Of a stretch of 50,622 bases of DNA, positions 18,034 to 27,371 are shown in pieces; position 1 is the stretch's first letter; each line of letters opens with the position of its first letter. The stretch lies in the sequence record SRR31156797_1849, one strand, 5' to 3'. Below the pieces are notes generated by a model. It saw only the letters and a program-made list of their open reading frames with translations. It had not been told where the DNA came from and did no database searches. Both the position numbers and the translations under genes were made by a program.

Positions 18034-18906
18034 GTGTATCCTGAGTTTCTGGCAACTCATTATTCAAACAAATTGGTAGCAAAGTTTGCTCGTGAGATAG
18101 TGCATAGAGTAAGGCCTGATCTTTTCTTTTCCGCTTTCATGAAAAAGCAGTCTAACCCTTTTCCTCACGCGGCCTATTCACTTACTTTTGATTTTGATTT
18201 TGAAAAAGACATTGAAGCATTTCCTGTGCTTTTGGATAAATTGTCTGAATATAAAATCAAAGCCGGGTTTGCCGTGATAGGAAAGTTTGTAGAAAAGTAT
18301 CCGGATATACATCTGCGAGCTGTTGATGAAGGGCACGAGATCATCAACCATACCTACACACACCCTGATAATCCGCACTGGGCTCCGAATAGATATTTCA
18401 ATAAGCTCTCATATTCCGAGCAGTACGATGAAATCTACAAAGCGCACGATGTCTTCAATCGAATCCTTAAGATTAATTGTGTGGGATTCCGCACTCCGCA
18501 TTATGGCAATCTGCATTGCGATAGTGTTTATCCTATTCTGAGAGATTTGGGCTATCTTTACAGCAGCTCAACAGCAGCATGTTGTTTTTCCGGATATGGT
18601 GCTCCTGTAAGTTATAAGCACGGAATAGTCGAAATTCCGACTGGATGTAGCCTTCATTTTCCGTTAGCGATATTTGATTCGTGGAACATGCTGCGAAAGA
18701 AGAAACCTTTCTTAAGCACTGATGAGGCTTTTTGCGAAGAATTTGAGAATACAATTGCTTTCCTTAGCAAGAATGATTTGTTTCTTACACATTATTTTGA
18801 TCCGTACGATATAGTTGAAAATTCCAAGATTGATAGGGTTCTTTCTATGCTGTCCGGCATTAATACAGTTTTGTACCGGGATATTCCTTTTACTGGTTTA
18901 CAGTAA
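18034..18906 (+). CDS. Polysaccharide deacetylase (CE4/NodB-like)
   Basis: LTFDFD, GHEIINHTYTH, GFRTPH, GYLYSSS motifs. Confidence 0.85.
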   Translation: MYPEFLATHYSNKLVAKFAREIVHRVRPDLFFSAFMKKQSNPFPHAAYSLTFDFDFEKDIEAFPVLLDKLSEYKIKAGFAVIGKFVEKYPDIHLRAVDEGHEIINHTYTHPDNPHWAPNRYFNKLSYSEQYDEIYKAHDVFNRILKINCVGFRTPHYGNLHCDSVYPILRDLGYLYSSSTAACCFSGYGAPVSYKHGIVEIPTGCSLHFPLAIFDSWNMLRKKKPFLSTDEAFCEEFENTIAFLSKNDLFLTHYFDPYDIVENSKIDRVLSMLSGINTVLYRDIPFTGLQ

Positions 18907-19008
18907 GTGAGAGTAATAATATGCTGCCCCAGTTTTCGCGCTAGCGAATTTATTTTAAATGAAATCAGATTTGAATAAGCTTCAACAAACAAGGCCGAGA
19001 TTATTTTT

Positions 19009-20415
19009 ATGAGTACTAAACCCTCAATACTATTTTTAGCCCGAGCCCGTCTGGACGTATTATATTTAGAGACTATTAAGGAGCTTCGCAAAAAATATAC
19101 AGTTGTAGTTATCTGTGCTGAGGATTCAATTAATTCATACAAAGATCTGGAAGGCATAATTGTAGTTGGAAGCAGTTACCTTTATACTGAATCTGATAAT
19201 GCCGATTTGAACCGGATAAGCGATGTTGAGAAAAAGCTTGGCCTTGATTGCTATGCGTCAAATATAAATTATTTCCTGTACCGCAAATTTGCTGGCCACT
19301 ACGGCGTCGATCAGATGCATAAGAGCGAAAACGAACGTGTTCCTAGCGTTTTTATTCGTGCTTATGATTTTTTGATGGAGCTGGTGGATAAGTACAACAT
19401 TCAGTATGCCTTTTTTGAGACCATCGACACAATTGATTCCGTTATTCTTGCGGCTATGGCAAAGGTTGGGATAATCAGGCAGACCTTTGAAAGAGGGTTT
19501 CTGTCGATAGGCGGGGAAATGAGGATGCGGCTTTGCTCTGAGCAGACCAAAATTTCACCTCGTTTGAATCATATATATGAGCATAAGAAGTTTTCCGCTG
19601 AAGATGTAGCTTGGGCAGAAAATGTTATCGGGAAGTCAAAAGCGAAGCGAGTTATTTCCGATTATGATCGCGTGCATATGAAGATGGGCTCTACTCTTCC
19701 GCGGAAGAAGGTATCTGAGTATGTGTCGAAGGTGAAGGGTATAATGGCAGGTAAAGACGCTGCTCTTCCTACGCTTTTGAAGATAAAAAATAGAATTTTT
19801 GCTAAAAAATATTTTACCGATTCTTTACCCAAGACTAAGGTTTTAAGTTATTTTCTGCAGCTTACCCCGGAAGCAAGCTTGTGTTATCAGATCCCTAAAT
19901 TTGCAGACCAGCTCTATATGCTTGAGCAGGTCGCCATGCGGGGCAAATATGACTACACAATTGTCGTAAAGGAGCACCCCCGTTGCTACGGCAACAGGCT
20001 TCCTCAATTTTATAAAGAATTGACGATGCTCCCAAATGTGATTTTGCTTCCTCCTTCCTTCTCAAACCGGGAGATCATAGACAAGAGTGAGGCTGTCCTT
20101 TGTCTTGGTGGAAGTAGTCCGGCTTTGGAATCCCTGATAAACAGTAAGCCTGTTATCACATTAGGGCATCCTTATTTTGATGTTTGTAAGAACGTTTACA
20201 ATGTAGATGCACCGGAACAGGTATGGAACATAATTGAAGCTGTTAAGCACGATCATGATGATCAGGTGCGTTTTTTTGCTGCATTGCATGCGGCAACTTG
20301 TCCACACCCGGAATCTAATTCGCTGCGAGGTTTGGCTCAGGCTTCTGGGTTAGGTCCTGTGCTTGCGAAATTTATTGACCATGAAATTGATCTTTATGAA
20401 CAGGGTGTTCTTTAA
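19009..20415 (+). CDS. Capsule-biosynthesis (KpsS-like) putative CMP-sugar glycosyltransferase
   Basis: C-terminal LQLTPEA, VVKEHPR, ALESLINSKPVITLG segments resembling the Capsule_synth family; adjacent to neuBCA-like genes. Confidence 0.55.
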   Translation: MSTKPSILFLARARLDVLYLETIKELRKKYTVVVICAEDSINSYKDLEGIIVVGSSYLYTESDNADLNRISDVEKKLGLDCYASNINYFLYRKFAGHYGVDQMHKSENERVPSVFIRAYDFLMELVDKYNIQYAFFETIDTIDSVILAAMAKVGIIRQTFERGFLSIGGEMRMRLCSEQTKISPRLNHIYEHKKFSAEDVAWAENVIGKSKAKRVISDYDRVHMKMGSTLPRKKVSEYVSKVKGIMAGKDAALPTLLKIKNRIFAKKYFTDSLPKTKVLSYFLQLTPEASLCYQIPKFADQLYMLEQVAMRGKYDYTIVVKEHPRCYGNRLPQFYKELTMLPNVILLPPSFSNREIIDKSEAVLCLGGSSPALESLINSKPVITLGHPYFDVCKNVYNVDAPEQVWNIIEAVKHDHDDQVRFFAALHAATCPHPESNSLRGLAQASGLGPVLAKFIDHEIDLYEQGVL

Positions 20416-20443
20416 TTGTTATATCGGATGATGGAGTTTTGTC

Positions 20444-21478
20444 ATGCCGGATTTTCAGTTTGCTACCGAGTTTGAAATTGCTGGACGCAAAGTAGGTGGA
20501 GATGCTTCTTGCTTTATCATAGCTGAGGCTGGTGTTTCTCATTTTGGCGATTTGAATAAAGCTTACCAATTGGTAGATATGGCCAAAGAGGCTGAAGCCG
20601 ATGCGGTGAAGTTTCAGATTTTCAAGACAGATGAGCTTATTTCTGAAGCATCTGAGGAGTGGAAAGACAGGTTGCGCTCCAAAGAGCTCGTTTATGAGGA
20701 TTTTATTAAAATTGCGGATTATTGCAGCGAGCAGGGAATAACTTTTCTGGCTACTGCGCATGATGAACCAAGCCTCGAGTTTTTAGAGTCCCTGAATGTT
20801 CCTGCCTACAAAATTGGTTCCGGCGAGATTCAAAACTGGCCTTTTATTGAAATGATTGCCGCAACACAAAAGCCGGTTATCCTTTCAACCGGTATGTACA
20901 GGGAAGAAGATATCGAAAACGCCCTGACTGTTTTCGCCAAAGTTGGCAATCCCAATCTTGCTGTACTGCATTGTGTCACAAGCTACCCTACGCCGCCTTC
21001 CGCTGTTAATCTCAAGGCAATCTCATTTTTAAAGAAGCGGTTTAATGTTATCAGCGGTTTTTCCGATCATACAGAAGGGTATCATATCCCTCTAGCTGCT
21101 GCTGCATTGGGAGCGCAGGTCATAGAGAAACATATTTCCATGGATTTCAATGTACCCAATGCCCAAGACTGGAAAGTTTCCTGTGGGCCACACAATTTAG
21201 CCCGGTTTATTTCTGAAATTCGTGATGTAGAACAGGCTTTGGGTGTTGAGAGTAAGAATGTTGAGGCTTGTGAAGAGCAGAGCATTGAGTGGGCCCGTAA
21301 GAGTATTACCGCAGCTCGGGATATTGATGCGGGAAGCATCATTTCCAGAGAGGATTTAGTTTTTAAGCGCCCTGGAACAGGGCTTCCTCCATCGGAAATT
21401 GATCAGGTGTTGGGCAGGAAAACAGTAAAGTCCATCAAAGCGGATACCATTATTTCAAAGGACATGATTGATGGCTAG
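20444..21478 (+). CDS. neuB: N-acetylneuraminate synthase family (NeuB/LegI-like) with SAF domain
   Basis: IIAEAGVSHFGD, ADAVKFQ, KIGSGE, ILSTGM, LHCVTSYP, GFSDHT, IEKH, KRPGTG. Confidence 0.9.
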   Translation: MPDFQFATEFEIAGRKVGGDASCFIIAEAGVSHFGDLNKAYQLVDMAKEAEADAVKFQIFKTDELISEASEEWKDRLRSKELVYEDFIKIADYCSEQGITFLATAHDEPSLEFLESLNVPAYKIGSGEIQNWPFIEMIAATQKPVILSTGMYREEDIENALTVFAKVGNPNLAVLHCVTSYPTPPSAVNLKAISFLKKRFNVISGFSDHTEGYHIPLAAAALGAQVIEKHISMDFNVPNAQDWKVSCGPHNLARFISEIRDVEQALGVESKNVEACEEQSIEWARKSITAARDIDAGSIISREDLVFKRPGTGLPPSEIDQVLGRKTVKSIKADTIISKDMIDG

Positions 21479-22622
21479 GCAGAAAATATGTGTGATAATT
21501 ACCACTCGAGGTAATTATGCGAAAATGAAGTCTGTTATGCATAGGCTTCAGGACAGTGACAAATTTGAACTGCAACTGATTGTGGCCGGTGGTATTGTTT
21601 TACCCAAATATGGGTATGATATTACCAGCTTGATTGAGCAGGATTTTAAAATCGACCGCCGTATTTACTATATTGTTGAGGGAGACACTCCTCTAACCAT
21701 GGCTAAGTCTGCCGGGTCAGCAATTGTTGAGTTCAGTACAGCTTTTGAGAATCTGCAACCCGATGCTGTTGTTGTTATTGCCGACAGGTTCGAATGTCTT
21801 TCCATCGCCATGGCCTCAAGCTACATGAATATTCCTGTCATCCATGTTGAGGGTGGGGAGGTTTCCGGCTCCATTGACGAATCGGTAAGGCATGCTATTT
21901 CCAAACTTTCCCATATTCATTTTCCGGCAACCTCCGATGCAGCTGAACGAATCGTCAAGATGGGTGAAGATCCGTCTACAGTTTTTACTGTCGGAGCTAC
22001 CAGTCTTGATGTTATCAGCCGTATTGATGCCGGACGTGAAAAGCTTAAGGAACTTGCTCCTAAAGGTGTAGGTGCGGATATTTCACTTGAGGGTGACTAC
22101 CTTGTGGTCAGCCAGCATCCTGTTACAACCGAGTACAGCAAGAACCTTGATCATATCAATGAGACTGCCGAGGCCGTAAAAGAGCTTGCGATGCCAACTG
22201 TCTGGATCTGGCCGAATATGGACGCTGGGGCTGATGAAGTTTCTAAGGGTGTAAGAATTTTCAGGGAACAGGAAAATCCTAAAAATGTACGTTTTTACAA
22301 GAGTCTGCCTATCCAGCTTTATGCTCCGCTGATTGCGAATGCGGCATGTATTGTCGGTAACTCTTCCAGTGGATTAAGAGAATCCGCCTTTTTGGGAACA
22401 CCGTGTGTTAACATTGGGACCAGACAGAGCGGGAGAGAGCGTGGGCACAATGTAAGGGATTGCGGCTATAGCCGTGATGAGATCCTTGAAAGCGTTAGAT
22501 TTCAACTGGGCCATGGCCGCTATGAACCGGATCATCTTTACGGTGACGGTATGGCTGGTGAAAAAATAGTTGACGTGCTTGAAGATTATTCCTTTACCAT
22601 TCAAAAACAGATTACTTACTAG
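21471..22622 (+). CDS. neuC: Hydrolysing UDP-sugar 2-epimerase (NeuC/LegG-like)
   Basis: TTRGNY, ADRFE, HVEGGEVSGSIDESVRHAISKLSHIHF, QHPVTTE, GNSSSG, GTRQSGRE. Confidence 0.9.
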   Translation: MARQKICVIITTRGNYAKMKSVMHRLQDSDKFELQLIVAGGIVLPKYGYDITSLIEQDFKIDRRIYYIVEGDTPLTMAKSAGSAIVEFSTAFENLQPDAVVVIADRFECLSIAMASSYMNIPVIHVEGGEVSGSIDESVRHAISKLSHIHFPATSDAAERIVKMGEDPSTVFTVGATSLDVISRIDAGREKLKELAPKGVGADISLEGDYLVVSQHPVTTEYSKNLDHINETAEAVKELAMPTVWIWPNMDAGADEVSKGVRIFREQENPKNVRFYKSLPIQLYAPLIANAACIVGNSSSGLRESAFLGTPCVNIGTRQSGRERGHNVRDCGYSRDEILESVRFQLGHGRYEPDHLYGDGMAGEKIVDVLEDYSFTIQKQITY

Positions 22623-22629
22623 ATTTATA

Positions 22630-23592
22630 ATGAAACCTACTCTGATATACTACTCAATACTCAAATACCGTGCTGAAAATCTGGCAGTACTTGACTCTAT
22701 TTTCGATGTTATCGAGCTACCAGATCCTTCACATGATACACCGGAGATCTTGGAGCGTGCTGAGGCCGTTCTTGCACCACTTGGCTATAAGGTGGACCGT
22801 GAGAAGATTGATGCCATGCCCAAACTCAAGGTGATCGGTTCCAACACTACCGGGCACCCCCATATAGACGTGGATTATGCAGCCGAAAAAGGTATTGCAG
22901 TCCGTACCTTGAAATATGAAAAGGATTTTCTGCGTACAATCACTCCCACTGCTGAATTGACCTGGGGACTGCTTATTGCTGTTACCCGCAATTTCCGTCC
23001 GGCAATCGATTCTGTGCTGGATGGCAGTTGGGATCGCAGGCCATATCCGGGACCAGCAATGCTCTCTCAGATGAGTATCGGTATCGTGGGACTGGGGAGG
23101 CTTGGCTCCATTGTAGCTGACTATGCATGCGCTTTCGGAATGAAGGTCGGGTATTATGATCCGTTTGTCTCCGAAGGGCGTGATGAGCTTGTCAGGTATG
23201 AAAGTCTTGAAGAGTTGGTTGCTGGACATGATATAATTACTGTTCATGTCCCGCACGAACCCGAGACTGAGAATATGTTTGATAGGCGGCTTTTTGATAT
23301 GTTCAAGAAGGGGTCGTATTTTATCAATACATCTCGCGGTGAGCTTGTTGACCATCAAGCTCTCATGGATGAGCTTGATAGCGGTAGAATTTCCGGGGCA
23401 GCCATGGATGTCTTTCCGGATGAATTCAACCCGCAGTTTGATATTACCCGCCAGAAAATGTGGAAATATATCAATGAACATAAAAATGTGATCGTCACAC
23501 CGCATATTGCAGGGTCTACGGAAGATGCATGGCGGCTTACTGAGCGCAAAGCTATAGATATGGTCAGTGAAATTTTTAAAGCTGGAGCTTAG
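22630..23592 (+). CDS. D-isomer-specific 2-hydroxyacid dehydrogenase
   Basis: TAELTWGLL, GIVGLGRLG, YYDP, INTSRG, MDVF, TPHIAG. Confidence 0.88.
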   Translation: MKPTLIYYSILKYRAENLAVLDSIFDVIELPDPSHDTPEILERAEAVLAPLGYKVDREKIDAMPKLKVIGSNTTGHPHIDVDYAAEKGIAVRTLKYEKDFLRTITPTAELTWGLLIAVTRNFRPAIDSVLDGSWDRRPYPGPAMLSQMSIGIVGLGRLGSIVADYACAFGMKVGYYDPFVSEGRDELVRYESLEELVAGHDIITVHVPHEPETENMFDRRLFDMFKKGSYFINTSRGELVDHQALMDELDSGRISGAAMDVFPDEFNPQFDITRQKMWKYINEHKNVIVTPHIAGSTEDAWRLTERKAIDMVSEIFKAGA

Positions 23593-23594
23593 CT

Positions 23595-24320
23595 ATGTCT
23601 GTTGATAAATCTATCTGGGCTTTGATCCCCGCCCGAGGCGGCTCCAAATCTATCCCTTATAAAAACATTTTTAAGCTTAATGGTCGTCCGCTGATTGACT
23701 ATCAGGTTCTTGCTGCAAGGGCTGCCACAAGTATCGACCGGATTATCTGCTCTACTGATGATGAAAAAATTGCAGGGCATTGCCGAGAACTCGGGATCGA
23801 TGTTCACGAGCGTCCGATAGAACTTGCGTCTGACAGTGCTAATGTTGTGGATGCTATCAAGCATTTTCTGTTACAGGAGCAGGCCAAAGGAGAGGCGCTG
23901 CCGTACGCAGTGGCCTTGCTGCAGCCAACATCCCCCTTTTTGCTTCCGGCGCAAATAGATGCTTGTTCTGACGCTCTCAGAGGTAATCCTGGTGCGAATT
24001 CATCACAGACTGTGGCGGATATCCCGCATAACTACCATGCTTTTAATCAGCGGGTCATAAAAGACGGTACTGTGGATTTCAATTTTACCGAAGAACGGAA
24101 GGTCTGTTACAACAAACAGTCCAAACCGCATTTTTACAGCTTCGGTAATTTAGTGATTACTCGCAGCGATGCTCTGCTGGCGGATAAGGGTGTTTTTGCA
24201 GTACCTTCCGTACCGGTGGAGATTCCGACTGTCTATGCCTACGATTTTGATGGCCCGCAGGATGTGCAGCTGGCTGAACTGTATCTTTCCAGCGGGATGG
24301 TTGAGTTAGGGCATTTGTAA
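23595..24320 (+). CDS. neuA: Acylneuraminate cytidylyltransferase (NeuA/LegF-like)
   Basis: IPARGGSKSIPYKN, CSTDD, RP.ELASD, LLQPTSPF. Confidence 0.9.
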   Translation: MSVDKSIWALIPARGGSKSIPYKNIFKLNGRPLIDYQVLAARAATSIDRIICSTDDEKIAGHCRELGIDVHERPIELASDSANVVDAIKHFLLQEQAKGEALPYAVALLQPTSPFLLPAQIDACSDALRGNPGANSSQTVADIPHNYHAFNQRVIKDGTVDFNFTEERKVCYNKQSKPHFYSFGNLVITRSDALLADKGVFAVPSVPVEIPTVYAYDFDGPQDVQLAELYLSSGMVELGHL

Positions 24321-24343
24321 GCAAAAATTTCGTCAAATTAGTT

Positions 24344-24380
24344 GGGGCTGACATAGTTAACTATGTCAGCCCCTTTTTTT
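24344..24380 (+). terminator. Terminator hairpin between the convergent clusters (perfect 30-bp palindrome)
   Basis: GGGGCTGACATAGTT|AACTATGTCAGCCCC followed by a T run. Confidence 0.85.
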
Positions 24381-24410
24381 ATTTTTCGGAAATGTTTTTT
24401 GGCATATTCA

Positions 24411-25559
24411 TTACCATTTCATCCCCTTGAAGATCACATCCTTTCGGATATTGTCTTTGTAGGATGCAACTATCTTGAAAATAGAAGCCATTACGTCTTC
24501 TGTCAGGTAGTGAGGTTCGACCCCAATCTCCTGCAGCCCCTGATATGCGGGGTTGTAATAATGGTCTTCAGCTTCTTTGCGCGGGTTTTCCAGATTCTGG
24601 ACTTCAACCGGATAACCCAGATCACGTCCTACCTTGCAGGTCAGGTCAGCTAGTTCATTGACGCTGAATGTTTCCATGATCTGGTTGAATATGCGCAATT
24701 CACCGGCTTTTGCAGGGGAAAGAGCCGCTTTTTCAACGCACTGCAGGGTATCCTTGATATTCAGGTAGCCGCGGGTCTGTCCGCCCTTGCCGTAGACTGT
24801 GAGGGGATACCCGGTTACGGCCTGCACAATGAAACGGTTGACTACAGTGCCGAAAATTTCGTCGTAGTTGAAAATTGTACGCAGGCGTGGATCAATAACC
24901 GACTCTTCGGTTTCCACTCCGTAAACAGGGCCTTGCATCAGGTCGGTAATGCGTAGTCCCCATGTGCGAACAAAAAACCACATGAGGTCTGTATCCATGA
25001 TCTTGGTGGTGTGGTACAGGGACGATGCCTGTCTGGGGTAGAGAAATTTATCCTTGCGACCTTTATGTTCAATTTCGAGCCAGCCTTCTTCAATATCAAT
25101 ATTGGGCGTTCCATATTCACCCATGGTTCCAATGTGGACGATATGGGTTTCAGGACTGAGGTCCCGGATTGCAAAGAGAAGATTGTTGGTCACCATCAGG
25201 TTGTTGGAGAGGGTGATGTTGGCATATTTGTAATTAAGAAGCGAATAAGGTGCAGAGGGTTGTTCGGCATAATGGAATACGGTTTCAGGTGCGTCTCCGT
25301 CCTTGAACAACGAACGCATCAGTTCTGCATCATTTAAGTCTCCGATGACGACCTTAATCTCCAGCCCGGTAAGCTCGTGCCATATCTTTGCCCGCTCAAT
25401 GAGCGTAGGGACTGGGTAAAGCATGCCTACGTCAAGTTCAGTGCATGCATTCCGGCGCATGTAGTTATCTACTACGGTAACATCGTGTCCCTGTTTGGAA
25501 AGGCGCATGGCGGTAGGCCAGCCAAGATATCCGTCTCCGCCGAGAACTAAAACTTTCAT
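24411..25559 (-). CDS. sqdB: UDP-sulfoquinovose synthase (SqdB/SQD1/Agl3 family)
   Basis: GGDGYLGWPTA, AEQPSAPYS, GTMGEYGTPNIDIEEG, YHTTK, TDLMQGPVYG, PLTVYGKGGQTRG, NPRKEAEDHYY. Confidence 0.88.
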   Translation of the reverse strand: MKVLVLGGDGYLGWPTAMRLSKQGHDVTVVDNYMRRNACTELDVGMLYPVPTLIERAKIWHELTGLEIKVVIGDLNDAELMRSLFKDGDAPETVFHYAEQPSAPYSLLNYKYANITLSNNLMVTNNLLFAIRDLSPETHIVHIGTMGEYGTPNIDIEEGWLEIEHKGRKDKFLYPRQASSLYHTTKIMDTDLMWFFVRTWGLRITDLMQGPVYGVETEESVIDPRLRTIFNYDEIFGTVVNRFIVQAVTGYPLTVYGKGGQTRGYLNIKDTLQCVEKAALSPAKAGELRIFNQIMETFSVNELADLTCKVGRDLGYPVEVQNLENPRKEAEDHYYNPAYQGLQEIGVEPHYLTEDVMASIFKIVASYKDNIRKDVIFKGMKW

Positions 25560-26650
25560 GACTGTTCCTCCTTTTCTCCGGGGAAATACCTTGAATCAGG
25601 ATGTCTTGTGACATTTGGATCATCAAGCAGATTATGTCTGATCAGAAAGTCCCGTAATTCGTCTTGAGTCAGCGCTGTTTCATTGGCTGAATGGTATGGG
25701 TTGGTGATATCACGGGAAATAATGTCAGCGTAGTCATAGCTTATTTCGCGATATATGCCCCTGAAAGCAGGCATGATGGAAAAATATTTTTCCAACTCCA
25801 CTGTGCGGGTGGTTTCCTCATCGCTCATGAGTTCTTCATACATTTTCTCACCAGGTTTGGCACCGATGATGTCGATATCGATATCAGCAGGGGCATATCC
25901 GTAGTGTGGTGCCAGTTCATTGATCATAACCTGTGCGAGGTCGGCAATGCGGATTACCGGCATTTTGGTGACAAAAACTTCACCTCCTCGGGCGTGTTTG
26001 CAGGAATCGATAACTAGCTGGGTCGCTTCCTGAATGCTCATGATGAAGCGGGTCATGGATGGATCGGTCAGGGTGACGGTTTTGCCTTTACGGATCTGTT
26101 CACGGAAGATGGGGATAACCGAACCACGGGAACCGAGAACATTACCGAAGCGGGTAGACGCAAAAATAGGCCCATCACCCTTGTAGGAGCTGTTAGCGGC
26201 GGTAATAAGCCGTTCTCCCATGAGTTTGGAGGTACCCATGACGTTGGTCGGATTAACAGCCTTGTCGGAGCTGGTGAAGATAACCTTTTCCACATTGCAT
26301 TCACATGCCGCATCAATGACGTTACGCACCCCGAGGATATTGCTTTGCACAGCTTCAAAAGGGGAGCGTTCGCAGAGGAGTACATGTTTAAATGCCGCAG
26401 CATGAAAGATTACATCAATGCCTTTGAATTTGCGGATAAGTTTATCCCGGTCACGAATGTCGCCGAGAAAGAACCACGCATTGGAATAATCTTTGTACTT
26501 TTGGTCCAGAAAGAAAATTTCGGATTCATTGTTGTCCAGACCAATGAGTTCCCCCACATCACATTGAGTAAGAAGCTGCTTCACCAGTTCAGAGCCGACA
26601 GTCCCGCAGGCTCCGGTTACCAGTACTCTTTTGTTTTTTAAGAAATGCAA
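25556..26650 (-). CDS. Soluble UDP-GlcNAc 4,6-dehydratase family (PseB/FnlA/CapD-like)
   Basis: TGACGTVGS, FHAAAFKHV, SSDKAVNP.NVMGTSK, RFGNVLGSRGSV, MTRF, GEKMYEEL; TTG start with GAGGA RBS. Confidence 0.85.
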   Translation of the reverse strand: MHFLKNKRVLVTGACGTVGSELVKQLLTQCDVGELIGLDNNESEIFFLDQKYKDYSNAWFFLGDIRDRDKLIRKFKGIDVIFHAAAFKHVLLCERSPFEAVQSNILGVRNVIDAACECNVEKVIFTSSDKAVNPTNVMGTSKLMGERLITAANSSYKGDGPIFASTRFGNVLGSRGSVIPIFREQIRKGKTVTLTDPSMTRFIMSIQEATQLVIDSCKHARGGEVFVTKMPVIRIADLAQVMINELAPHYGYAPADIDIDIIGAKPGEKMYEELMSDEETTRTVELEKYFSIMPAFRGIYREISYDYADIISRDITNPYHSANETALTQDELRDFLIRHNLLDDPNVTRHPDSRYFPGEKEEQS

Positions 26651-26768
26651 TTTATTATCCTCTTCAGTTCGCTGTGTTTATGGACATGGTAATTGGGCAG
26701 TTCAAAACAATAATTATATATAATAAAATTAAAAATGGTGTCTTATCATACGTTGTAGTTAGAATGCA

Positions 26769-27305
26769 TTACTTGCTTGCTATGCAGATAACCCACTGAG
26801 ATCTAAGGAGCTTAATGAAACGTGGGGTTAGCCCCCAGATTATCTTTTTTGCAACTGTAACAGGAGGGTTGTTTACTATTTTTTCTAATTTGAAACTATT
26901 AAATCCAGCCTTAATAATGTGTTCTTTGTAGTCATTTTCATTGTATGTGTGAAAGACAACACCTTGCTCGCGAGATTGTCTTTTGAGATTGTCCTGTTTG
27001 TAGGTGGCAATGATAAGTTTACCCTTGTCTGTAAGCAGTTTTTTACATTGGCGGAGCATCTCATCGTGTTCTTTTACATAGTAGTCTACTGCGACCATAA
27101 AGATCATATCAAATGAATTTGGCTTAAATGGCAGTTTGGAAGCATCCAATACCAAATCGTTTCCAGGCAGATGCTCTATGTTACCTTTCGTGTGGGTCGC
27201 ATTTTGGATTACATATCCATTGGGGGCAGCACCAATCTCAAGGACTTTTGAATTCGGAGCAGTGTGCTTGTTTAACAGTTTTTCAAGTTCTTTATATATA
27301 ATCAT
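26769..27305 (-). CDS. Class I SAM-dependent methyltransferase
   Basis: VLEIGA, DASKLPFKPNSFDMI, LTDKGKLII. Confidence 0.7.
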   Translation of the reverse strand: MIIYKELEKLLNKHTAPNSKVLEIGAAPNGYVIQNATHTKGNIEHLPGNDLVLDASKLPFKPNSFDMIFMVAVDYYVKEHDEMLRQCKKLLTDKGKLIIATYKQDNLKRQSREQGVVFHTYNENDYKEHIIKAGFNSFKLEKIVNNPPVTVAKKIIWGLTPRFIKLLRSQWVICIASK

Positions 27306-27371
27306 GGTGTTGTCTTACTTGTCTTGCGGTTGTTGAAACATATTTGCTGTAATGTGTCGCGGTAATTGCTG

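Noticed and set aside
22729-23505. 258-aa minus-strand ORF
   Set aside because: Antisense to a well-supported dehydrogenase; no motifs.
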